A stretch of 64,000 bases of DNA from Marsupella aquatica (taxonomy: Eukaryota; Plantae; Marchantiophyta). Both the position numbers and the translations under genes were made by a program. The stretch covers positions 16,846,058 through 16,910,057 of the forward strand of contig OZ316897.1 of assembly GCA_973895155.1 (NCBI GenBank). Reading direction: 5' to 3'. Shown here piece by piece: positions 9,517 through 19,985 of this stretch (the stretch's first letter is position 1; each line of letters opens with the position of its first letter). The notes beneath the pieces were generated by a model that was given only the letters and a program-made list of their open reading frames with translations, was not told the origin of the DNA and ran no database searches.

Positions 9517-12500
9517 TCAGGAGGGCCTAGTTGGTTTTATGGGAGCATCAGACAGATAAACTTCCAAGTAACGAACTTCCTCCAGTTCAAATTCCAATGG
9601 CTGCAGGACTAGCGAAGAGGTCGAAAAATCCGAGGTGTACCCATCATCTGTTTGTGTTTCTCCAAAATGTGGTTCCGGAACCCAACTAACAGTCACCTTA
9701 GGCTTCCCAAATGAAAGCTCTTGAGATTGCCAATTAACCTGAACTTGAGCCTTATACAACCATGGTCGGCCTAACAAAACAGGAAAGCTGGATGGTATTT
9801 CCGGATTAATAACCACATAATCCAACAGAAAAGGGACACCAGCAATCAAAGTTTCTACTTTGGTCAGCTTCCCTATGGGTACCACACGAGACTGATCCGC
9901 CATGCGCAAAATCTTGGGAGTGGGCTCAAACTTAGTGAAACCCAAATTAAATGCTGCTGACTGTGTAATCAGATTAACGCTGGCTCCTCCATCCACAGGA
10001 ACTCTCCGAATGACACACCCCTGGATTTGAACCTCAATTTCCATCGGTCCTTTGTCCTCCCACTCTGTTCGTAGCACATCCACAGAAGGTAACTTCTTCT
10101 TCCTCCGTTTTCCTGCAAGGAGGCTCCTCAGCTGTCGCCTATAAACCGGATTGTCCTGTAATAATTCCCCAATGGTGATATGTGCAGGATGATTCTTGAC
10201 ATCTTCAACAATATCATAACCTGGATTTTTCAGTGGCTCTTTAGCTTTGACTACTACTGGTGGGTTAGGAGATTGCACTTGCTCCTTAACTAGCTCTTCC
10301 AGATGGTCTTTCACTTCCAAAGAGATGTCGGGCAAGAAGTATTTTGGGTCATATCGGTCATAAGCAGGGTCGTCTTCTTTGTCGAGGCCTTCCTTACATG
10401 GCTTGCGCCCTTCATCCTTGGGAGCTTTCGCGACCTTCTGATGCTCGTGCTTCTTGGTCTCCTTTTTCTTTGAACGAGTAGTTGCGTAAATATTAGTCAG
10501 AACTTTATCCCGATTCTGAACTCGATCATTCGGCATACCAACTACTTCAGGTTTCACTAAATGACTTACCAAGACATCAGGCACCACCCCGGATACTGGT
10601 TGATGAAAAAGTGAATCTGGCTTTAATTCCACCCGATTTACATCCATATGTTGAATGAAGCTGCATTGCTCCATCTCTTCAGAATAAACCATCCGAATCT
10701 TGGCTTCAGGTCGACTTGCTTCTTTAACTGGCTCTTGAGCAAATCGAACCATCAGCCTAGGCTTAGCCGGATTCGGGCATTCCACCGGTAAGTGTCCTTC
10801 TTTTCCACAGTTCCCACAGACAGGTGTATACCCCACCTCCTGTTTGGGATAAGGGCACTGGGGTGAATAATGATCAGGTTGGCCACAATTCCAACAAGCC
10901 CCTTTTTGACGCGGCATTCCTCGTGGTGGGTATCCTCCCGGGGGTCCCATGGGTGGTCTTGACGTTGGTTTATTGAAAGTGGGCTTAGGTGGTCCCCAAG
11001 TCGGTCTGGAAGCAGGAGGTGGTGGGAAATACTGTCCAGGGGGTGCTGTTTGGACGGTATACGCGGGATCGTACTCATACTCCTCAGCCTCTTCTTGACC
11101 ATCTACATAATTCACCGGGGTTCGTAATGTGGGGCACTCGTTCGGGTAATGGCCCTGCTGACTGCATCGGGTGCACCATACGTTCATTCTCATGGGAGCA
11201 GGCAACCTTCGTACTGGTTTTACCGCGGCGATATTGACATTCAACTTGGACAATTGGCCAGAGAGTTCTTCCATCATGCGATCCATCTTCTTCTGGTTGG
11301 GAACTTTATTATTCCCTTTTACAGAGGATTTCTTCTTTTTAGGAGCAACGGATTCTGAGTCGGAACTTGAGCTTGAACTATCACTAGTGCTCGAATTTGT
11401 ACTCTCGTCCTCCTCACTAGTGCTACTTTCACTTGATTCCGTCTCCGAGTCAGATTTAGACCTGGACGTTTTCTTCTTCTTTCTTTTGTCTTTCTTCAGG
11501 TCCTTCTTAACTCGTTTTCTCTCTGAAATCTCCGAGTCTACGTACTTCTGGGCTGCCTCTTGTACTTCTTCCAAAGTGGTGCCACCTTCTCGTCTCACGT
11601 AACGAGCAATCCTGGAGGGTAAACCGTTAATAAACCAGTCCTTGATAGTAGATTTCGAGATAGCTGGATTATATTGATCTACCAAATCCAATAATTTGTC
11701 GGCATATTTCCTCACAGACCCATGTTTCTTCATGTGCAGATGTGAGATTCGGGCAAAGGCACGCGCAGCTGCTCCTTCTTCTTTATATTTGGCCAAGAAA
11801 GCAGCCTTCAATTTCCCCCAATCCTGCTTGTCCGGAAAACGGTCATACCATTTCTGAGCACCCTTTTTCATTAGACCACCAAACAGATTGGCTTTTTCAG
11901 CGTCTTGACTCTGTCCATTGGATGCAGCTGCAGCTTCAAATTCTTTCAAATACACCTCTGCATCCTCCTTGGAAGTACCGAAGAACCGGTCGTACCTCAC
12001 ATTATTTCGAGCCATCGTGGTTGGAGCTAGGAGGGTAACGAAAGGAAGAGCTGATCGGGTAGCAAATGGGTTTGGGCTGCCCAAGCCTAAACTGCTGCTT
12101 GTCTCACTAGAAGACGAACCACCGGCTTCACTCAGTGGTTCTGGATTATCCAATTGTGAAAGATCGACAGAATTATCTTGGGCCAGCGATTCTGCAACTG
12201 TATTCTCGGGCAAACCCAAATTTCTTCCTTCGGTATGAGATAAGGCCCTCTCAGTGGTACTATCCACACCAGAGTCAATTTGGTTCACCGAACGTACTGT
12301 CTGCTGGCGGAGCTTGGTCTTTTGAGAACCAATAAGTTTTGGACCTGAACGAAGATTTACAAACAGGGGTCGGGTCGACGTGGGCCTTTCCAAAGAGCCA
12401 CTTGCCTCTTGAATAGATCCCACTTGTTTCCACACACTACCCGGTGCAGGTGCTCCTGGTGACTGGAATTCGGGTAACAATGTGCGAGGGGTCACTACTA

Positions 12501-12570
12501 ATTTTGCAGCATCCGAATTACTGGAGGTCTTGGTAGGTTTTCTTTTATTCGGTGGATCTCCCTCAGACAT
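9517..12570 (-). CDS. gag: Gag-protease with three CCHC zinc knuckles
   Basis: Retrotrans_gag-like AQKWY...WGKLKAAFL; knuckles CTRCSQQGHYPNEC, CWNCGQPDHYSPQC and CGNCGKEGHLPVEC; protease VDGGASVN...LLGRPWL. Confidence 0.95.
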   Translation of the reverse strand: MSEGDPPNKRKPTKTSSNSDAAKLVVTPRTLLPEFQSPGAPAPGSVWKQVGSIQEASGSLERPTSTRPLFVNLRSGPKLIGSQKTKLRQQTVRSVNQIDSGVDSTTERALSHTEGRNLGLPENTVAESLAQDNSVDLSQLDNPEPLSEAGGSSSSETSSSLGLGSPNPFATRSALPFVTLLAPTTMARNNVRYDRFFGTSKEDAEVYLKEFEAAAASNGQSQDAEKANLFGGLMKKGAQKWYDRFPDKQDWGKLKAAFLAKYKEEGAAARAFARISHLHMKKHGSVRKYADKLLDLVDQYNPAISKSTIKDWFINGLPSRIARYVRREGGTTLEEVQEAAQKYVDSEISERKRVKKDLKKDKRKKKKTSRSKSDSETESSESSTSEEDESTNSSTSDSSSSSSDSESVAPKKKKSSVKGNNKVPNQKKMDRMMEELSGQLSKLNVNIAAVKPVRRLPAPMRMNVWCTRCSQQGHYPNECPTLRTPVNYVDGQEEAEEYEYDPAYTVQTAPPGQYFPPPPASRPTWGPPKPTFNKPTSRPPMGPPGGYPPRGMPRQKGACWNCGQPDHYSPQCPYPKQEVGYTPVCGNCGKEGHLPVECPNPAKPRLMVRFAQEPVKEASRPEAKIRMVYSEEMEQCSFIQHMDVNRVELKPDSLFHQPVSGVVPDVLVSHLVKPEVVGMPNDRVQNRDKVLTNIYATTRSKKKETKKHEHQKVAKAPKDEGRKPCKEGLDKEDDPAYDRYDPKYFLPDISLEVKDHLEELVKEQVQSPNPPVVVKAKEPLKNPGYDIVEDVKNHPAHITIGELLQDNPVYRRQLRSLLAGKRRKKKLPSVDVLRTEWEDKGPMEIEVQIQGCVIRRVPVDGGASVNLITQSAAFNLGFTKFEPTPKILRMADQSRVVPIGKLTKVETLIAGVPFLLDYVVINPEIPSSFPVLLGRPWLYKAQVQVNWQSQELSFGKPKVTVSWVPEPHFGETQTDDGYTSDFSTSSLVLQPLEFELEEVRYLEVYLSDAPIKPTRPS

Positions 12571-13764
12571 CCCTCATTCTCCAAGCACGGGTGATTTTGA
12601 GACACCAGACCCGCTCCTCAGGAGTCTTTATGCAAGGAGTCACCATTTAGGTGCGACGTTATCACCCCACTCCGGGAGATATGAACCTGCTTCCTCAAAG
12701 TGACTTCCCGTAGCGTCGTTCAACATCCCTTGCATGATTCCTCCCCCTTGCTATCCTGTAGCTAATACTTCCCTTCAGTGACCAGCCGAGATTCTAAAAC
12801 CTCATTTTCTCTAGTGCGTCCTTCAGGTTGAGACGCGGAAAGGCACACCAGAAGCGTCGCGCACGTTGGTTCATCACAGATTCCACCGGACGCTGCTCAC
12901 AGCGTCCACTGGGATCGGACGCTACTCGAAGCGTCCTGACTTGCGGAATCTTCTGGGACGAATCGCATTGGACGCTCTTCGCGGCGTCCTTCCTTATCTC
13001 CTTTACGGTGGCGATTACTGGAACCGGGCGTTCCCCATAATCTCCGACTTCCTTCACCCTGAAATTTCTTTACCACATGGTACGCTACACTAGGCCATCC
13101 TACTAATCAGACGTCTAACTCCTTCCTAATCTTCTACGCAATTCCTGGTGCATGATTCTTTCCGCTAACTCCCGAATGGAAATGACTAAATATCTCTCCT
13201 GTGTGATCCTACCATTCAGCCTTAATATTACTAAATGCAAACTTTCATCTTCCCACCAGGTGATAGTTAACCAATGTATGCCATTCCTCCCTCTCAGGCT
13301 CAGAACCCAAGAATTAACATAACGATTCCTCAAATTCCTAATTCTTAATGTTCCCAAAGATCGGATAGGTGGCATCGGTCACACGAACCAGGATGGTTGG
13401 ACAATTTTACAAATCATACGTCCCGAGCAACGTTAGAATAACTTCACTTGTCACTCAAAGTGTCTTTGGTATCTTCGACTATCTCCAAAGCAACTTGACG
13501 AGCAACAGCTCCTCTCTGTGAGGCCTTTTCTGGTGGGAGGGCGGTTTCTTCTCTTAAGTTTGGCACCACAAATTTTTCCAATACTCTTAAGAGAGCTTCC
13601 GGGGCGCTTTGGATAGAGTACGGCATCACCTCGAAATGGAAGCTCTTCATCTTTTTAACTGGAGTGATGACGCATCTTCACAATTATAGTAGAACGTGAA
13701 TTCCTCTCCCGTCTAGCTCCTTCTGGCATACACTGCCTGTACGTCAATTCAATCTTAAATTCGT

Positions 13765-13782
13765 TCCCCGGCAGCGGCGCCA
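13765..13782 (-). promoter_or_regulatory. Primer binding site (tRNA-Asp type, as in Athila)
   Basis: Minus strand TGGCGCCGCTGCCGGGGA, 6 nt after the CA end of the 5' LTR. Confidence 0.85.
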
Positions 13783-13788
13783 AAAAGA

Positions 13789-15178
13789 TGTCGTATAGTG
13801 CTAAGTATCAAAAGTGACTCTTCTCACCTAAAACCAGGGTTTCGATCCCTTTAAGAACAGATTTCAGAATGAATTGTATAACTTTTATCACTCCGAGTGA
13901 TTTAGAGTCTTGAGCTCTATGTTGACTTCACTTCTCAATAAAAAAATCGAATAAACAAACAACAAAGTAACTGAACTTCTGATTTATGAATTAGAGAAGA
14001 AATGAGTAAGGATTTAGAGACTACAAGCTGCTACTGCCACTCCTTCAGAAAGGATTTGGGCTCAGTATAGACATGAAATCTATCTCATAATTCATCCATC
14101 TCACTCTTCAAAACACAAAGGTTAATGATAATGGAATTCTCAATCTGATGAAGCAGAAGCTTTCTGATTGCAAATGAATGATATGATTTAAAATGCCGTC
14201 AACATGGTTTGACATCAGCGATACACAATTCAGTCAAACTCTAAACCATATTCCAGAATCAAAGCAACAGTACTAACTACTCTGAGAATCAGAATTTACT
14301 TCTCATTTATCATTAACTATTCTTGAATTGGCTAGCGAATCCCGACTCTGCAAGCAAGCCTAGCAGTGAATTCAATACGAGTTTCAGAAATCTGCAACTG
14401 AATTCAATCACCACAGGAATCTCTTGAATTCAATCTTAACTTCAATCAATATAGCTTTACTTCCATACAAAACACTCACAGCATGCCTTGTTACAATGGA
14501 AGGAGGAGAAAACTATTCAGAAGACTCAATTCTGAATACAGTATTAACTCTATTTCTCTCTACTTCAAATGAGCATTCTACTCTGTCTTATAAGTGCTGG
14601 AATCCTAAAATGGAGGAGGTAAGAACAGTCGTGCCTTTCCAAGCTTAAAACTAAACAAGGGAGAAGCACAGCATAAGTACTTCAACAAGGGCGGTAGAAT
14701 ACTACTTTACTAGTAATCTACTTCAAAAACTAAGTGTTGAGCGGACGCTGCTAGAAGCGTCGGGAGAATCTGGACGCTGCTAGAAGCGTCTTAAGTAAAA
14801 CCAACGGACGCTGCTCACACTGCTCACAGCGTCAATACTAGGGTGGACGCTGCTCACAGCGTCGTGTGTTGAAGCTGACGCTTTCCACAGCGTCGGTCGA
14901 AATCCTCATAGAGTCTTGGTGGCGGTCGGGCGCTGCCAAAAGCGTCATGAGGAGGTTGGACGCTTCCGCAGCGTCTTGAGTAAAAGAAACGGGCGCTGGT
15001 CACAGCGTCGGGCAAAGTACACTAGGAATCGTCAGGAAAGCCGGAGATGTCAAATATTTCTATAAGTGTCCAGAACAAGTAAATGTTGGCCGGAAGGTGT
15101 CTAAAGTGTAAGTAAATCTTGTGATATGCTAAAAATAAACAAGTTTCCAGAAAAAATTGCAGGGACACCCATACCACA
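13789..15178 (-). repeat. 5' LTR (1390 bp)
   Basis: TG...CA ends, adjacent to the PBS; 14630-15178 is duplicated at 2468-3016. Confidence 0.93.
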
Positions 15179-15799
15179 GCCCCTTCTATGGATGTGTTCT
15201 TTTACGAAGTGCCCCTCTACGGAGTGGGGAAGGGAAAGAGAGCAAAAACCATATGAGGACCACAAAAAGGGTGAAGGGGAACACAAGTGTGGGAACCCCT
15301 TCCTTCTAAGGACCCTCCCACTATCACTACTCCAAGATTGCCTAGTTTCTCATTTTACGGGCGTTGAGGTCCCTCAAGATGTCACTATTTGATATAGACC
15401 TAAAATCAACTAGAAAACCTCAGTTTCGCATGGGGCTAATTGAGGGCTTCAAAATGAATCCAAACATGACCATGTTTGGAATAGTACTAGCGCAGCAACG
15501 TCTGTTTAAAGTTTCAACATTTTCTATATTTTGGTCATTCTTCCCGTTTTGCGCCTTACATGGAGCCTCCGACCAGCCCCGACCCCTCCGAGATGCCCAC
15601 ACCTTGGCTCCAAGTCCTTGGGCTGCCTTGTGGCCTCTTTGTACCCCCTCAATGGTTCCCTTGTCATCCATCACTGCCTGGCACCCTTATCAACTCCAGC
15701 CTCCGGTTGTCGCATCCATTTATTAGAACTAACAAAAATAAAAAATTTGAAAATCCAAACACTTTTACTACACCTACTTGTCTTTTTACTTATATACGC

Positions 15800-17646
15800 A
15801 ATTATAAGTCATCACTAAGTTACTACCCGGTTTGGGGCCCTGACACAGAGGGTGAGGAGGAGGGTGATGGTGAAGAAGGAGAGGATGGCGAGTGAGAGGA
15901 GGGAGATGAATTTGAGGCGTCTGTGCCCTTAGAGGGTGCGGCAAAGCGATCGGGGAGGGTGCCCCGAGTTACCCCTACCCTGCAGTCCCTCATGTTGCCC
16001 CCACATCAGCACAAAGGGGTAGGTCACATGGTGTTCATGGTGTGGCCTCCCGGGGGCCTCCAATCAGTCGGGAGTGTCACGGAGTGCGAGACCCGGCCCC
16101 TCAGGGGTAGTAGAGGTGGCGCGGGACCAGGCCATCGCTCCGGAGTAATATCCGATACACCTGGCTCTTCTCGACGAGTAGAGGATGGTGGTTCTAGGGG
16201 GCGAGCGCCATCACTTGAGGCTGGTGGGAGCTTGGGGCCCTCAATCCAAGGGGTGTCCCATATCACGCTCGAAGGGGGAATAAACACCCTAAAAGTTAAG
16301 TCAATCAAGTTTTTTTAGGAATTTTTTTACCCCTAACTTAATGGAATATTGTAAGAATACTCCCATATTTGATTTTAAAAAACCTTGTGATTCTTATAAT
16401 TCTCAAAATTGGATAAAATAACCATAATGTTCTTCAACAAAAATTTAATAGTATTCCACTAATAGTATACTTATTTGCGCGTGATGGGTCAGAAGAAAAG
16501 AAGTGAGGACCCCGGGGGGTGGGAGTACCGCACAACATGGGCCACAGATAGCATCTGCAGGGGATGCATCCCATCACTCTCATAGGTCTATCGGAGGGGG
16601 AGATGGCTCCTTCCACTCTGCCGTGTCAGGGGGTTTAGAGACATTTGTTGCGCCTCAGCATCCTAGCGGTGCATCTAGTGGGTCAGGGTCCCGACCAGCA
16701 CCAGGCCAACCCACTGGTGAGCAAGTGGTTGCCATGGTTGTGGGAAGCCAGAGAGAGGAGGGGACTTGTGTTCCTGGACCTGTACCACCCCCTCGTTCTC
16801 ACCCAAAGAAGAAGAAGGGACGCAACACACCTTTTTAGAGCTTAGTGGCATGAGCTAGATATGTAGTGCATGGTAGCCTTTATACTAGCATATATGTACC
16901 ATCTAGTATAGTAAGCTACCTAGGCTACTACATAGTGTACATACCGGGGTGTTTCCCTTTTTGAATATGACATTTTGAGCTTGTACATATAACATTCTTT
17001 TGCATCAATCATAATTTAACCCAATTTGGCCCATTTCACCCTAAAACTAGTCCAATGCAATATCCATCGGAAAATCACCTAATTATCCCATGCTTTCTGT
17101 ATCGGGACATCCGATACTTTGCTCTTCGAAAAGTCCTATACTAAATGCATCGGACCCCTCGTCCAGCAAGCATGACAAAAATCCAGTGTCCGATATGAAA
17201 GACTTCGGACCATCCGATATTACAACCATGGGATTTTCCGATACATGCAACATTGGACCTTCCGATCCGTGCGTAATCCAATGGATGTTGCAAGACTAAA
17301 AGCATCGGAAATTCTGATGCTATGAATTACGCACATTGCGAAGCTCCTGGTAACGGAAATTCCGATATGATATGTATTGAACGCCAAGTTTTGCGATTAA
17401 GGTCACCCAAGTGGATATCCAACTCTCTTTGCATTGGATACAAAATATTCCAAAATGTTTTGCTTTGGAAATACCGATGCAAAGAGAAACGGAAAGTCCA
17501 AAGGTTGTCCGATGGTCCGTGTCCGATATGTGGAGAATGGGAACATACAAAGCCTGTTACATTGGAAGCGCCAAATTTAGTGTGCGACTTTCCTGAAGGG
17601 ATCTGATGGAGATGGTATCGAATAAAGGCCCAAAAATGTACTAGTG
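15800..17646 (+). mobile_element. Terminal fragment of a CACTA-type element (left limit approximate)
   Basis: Ends ...AAAAATGTACTAGTG (CACTAGTAC on the minus strand). Dense TCCGAT/ATCGGA subterminal-type repeats at 17065-17530; degenerate coding fragments upstream. Confidence 0.55.
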
Positions 17647-17715
17647 GTTGGACCAAATCCATTACGCACTCCCTCACAAGGTTTCATTATAGGAAGTGAA
17701 CCGATTGAATGATTG

Positions 17716-18266
17716 TGTGGTGCGTTCCATGGCTCCCTAAACCCAAGAAACCCCCCTGCACAAGTCGATTCCCACAGGTTTCGCTCTTGGCGAGGCCGGT
17801 TCCGCGGCTTAGCGGCATGGGACGCTGCTAACTCTCTACTAACATTTTACACACATATATTGGACAGATCCCTCATTGGGTCATGAGATACGTAGCCGGC
17901 CACTTCTATGCCTTCCCTTGTCCTCCTCTCCTGGTCTTCCTTTAGGTATGTTTGGATTTCGCCGCCGGAATGATCCCCAACTGGCTTCGGTAAGCCACTA
18001 AGACCTCTCTCAGCTTGACACATCCAACTCTTACTACCGTGCTTACTCCCTTCTCTTGGTTGATGTGGGCAATCTTCAAACAAGTTAATGCGACACACAA
18101 ATAGCAAAATGACTCCTTCTGACTGAGTTATACCATGCACTGGTCATACAAACAGTACTTCTCATACACAAGATCTGCGAACTAAGCCGTGAGGCCAACT
18201 CTATTCATCTCTTAGGCATGAGAAAACATGAATATACACAAGGGTCATAGTATAACTAACCGAGAG
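17716..18266 (-). repeat. Truncated inverted copy of the 3' end of the 46661-51383 element
   Basis: Reverse complement of ~50817-51383 (e.g. TGTGGTGCGTTCCATGGCTCCCTAAACCCAAGAAACCCCC vs GGGGGTTTCTTGGGTTTAGGGAGCCATGGGACGCACCACA). Confidence 0.9.
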
Positions 18267-18815
18267 GCCTCATTCACAATTGGAGGACCCAAAAGGAACG
18301 TCACACTCAAAAGCGACCATAGTTTATTATGCTTTAGGATATTATTTTTAGGGTGTAATGAGATGATATAGAAAATTTGATGTACTATACTTAATAAACA
18401 TCCTATAGGTTGGTAACATTCATTAAACTATCTAGCATTTGAGACTTTGAAGCTTTCCTTATATGTCCTTCAAAGATTGATAAAAAGGACTTGTCATGCA
18501 ACGGGTCACATCATTTCAGGACTCAAAAGGACTCTAAAAAATGCATTTTAGACAATGAAATTTTACCAAAGCATGCATACTAATAGCATAATCTTATATT
18601 TCAAAACTTAAATAGTGACACACACTAAACCTTTATGTACAGGACAAAAATAATCAGTAATTTTGGCTTATTTAGGGCCATCAATAATAGGATCCCTTAA
18701 AACAGTTGAAAACTCAATGTATCTACATGGTGAGGTAGGTTACACCATGTAAAATAGTCTTGTGAAAAAATTAGACTTAAATGTCTTGAGATAAAATCAT
18801 GATGAACCTTTTTCC

Positions 18816-19788
18816 ATGTTACGAAAGCGTTGTGGACGTCATACGGCAGGGGCTTCTTCATCTCATATGGTAAGTGTTATGCCTTAGTTTTCCTACCCTA
18901 TTCCCATTACTCAATGGTTGAAGGTTTTTAATTTCACACCTACTTTTGTTTGTTTTGGTTTCGGTGGAATAGGTATCCAATAGGCCTAGACCTGCGGCAC
19001 AAGCACCCTATGTCCCATCACAAGGTGTTCTAAATGCTATAGGCAATGCATTCTCACAAGCCTTGGGTCTAGCGGCAAGGCCCATCAGTCCTAGGGAAGT
19101 TGGGGTTGAGGCTATTGTCCCAAGAGGGAGAAAGCGTTCCAAGAGGCGGGCCCGAGGGGATACTGATTTGTACAAGGCAGTGGTTACGGGTAGGTGGGGT
19201 GATTGTGAGTTTATTGGCAGATGTGTCCCTATCATCAAGGACTGGGATCCTAAGACTCTTGGTTTGCTACAACAGCTTTCCTACGGTGAGGAGGTAGAGG
19301 TTTGGGGTAGACATTGGGTTATCAAACCTTCCACACTTGGGGATAGACATGGCTATGGAGTTTTTGCGTGTGAGGACATCATTGTGGACACCGAGAGTGG
19401 TAGAGGTGGATGCGGCCGAGAGGGGCCTACTTTGTTTCCTTATGGTGGACCCATCTACAAGAGAAGACATTGGAACATGATCCTTGCACAACACCCTGAG
19501 TGGAAGACTTATGCATTGGACATGGATACTTTTGATGGAAACACTAGAAGGTATAGTGAGCAGCGTGTCATAGATGGGGACCCCATACGGACTGGGAATA
19601 TTGTTGGTTTCATAAACAGTACCGTGGGGACTCGCCCTAAGCGTAGGCAAAATTGTGAGTGGGCTTTCATTGAGGGTCCTCAGCCAGCACCTTATGGCCA
19701 GACATATCATCATGACCATTGCCTAGTTGTAGCGACGAGGACCATTAACTCAGGGGATGAGTTATTTACTCACTATGAGTGGGATTAG
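18816..19788 (+). CDS. SET-domain protein (putative lysine methyltransferase); exons 18816-18869 and 18973-19788, ~289 aa
   Basis: SET motifs HGYGVFACEDI, FPYGG, IDG, GFINS, VVATRTINSGDELFTHY. The phase-0 GT-AG intron 18870-18972 keeps the frame. Confidence 0.8.
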
Positions 19789-19985
19789 GGTTAAGTTAAG
19801 GGTCATAGGTGGTATGTTGCATATCAAATGACACTACATATGGCCTTTGGCCACATTTTGTATTTGCACCACAACCAATATTATTTCGTTTTTGCACACC
19901 CCTAGCCCATTTATGTGTGTGTTCTCTTTGCAATATAACTTTCAATTGTTTGCTTTGTTTTTAGAATGTGCGACCCTCTCCAAAT

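Larger units (their letters stand above)
2468..15178 (-). mobile_element. Ty3/Gypsy LTR retrotransposon, non-chromovirus (Athila-like), with extra 3' ORFs
   Basis: Paired LTRs, PBS and PPT. Domain order gag-PR-RT-RH-INT. No chromodomain or extra archaeal-type RNase H seen. Confidence 0.95.
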
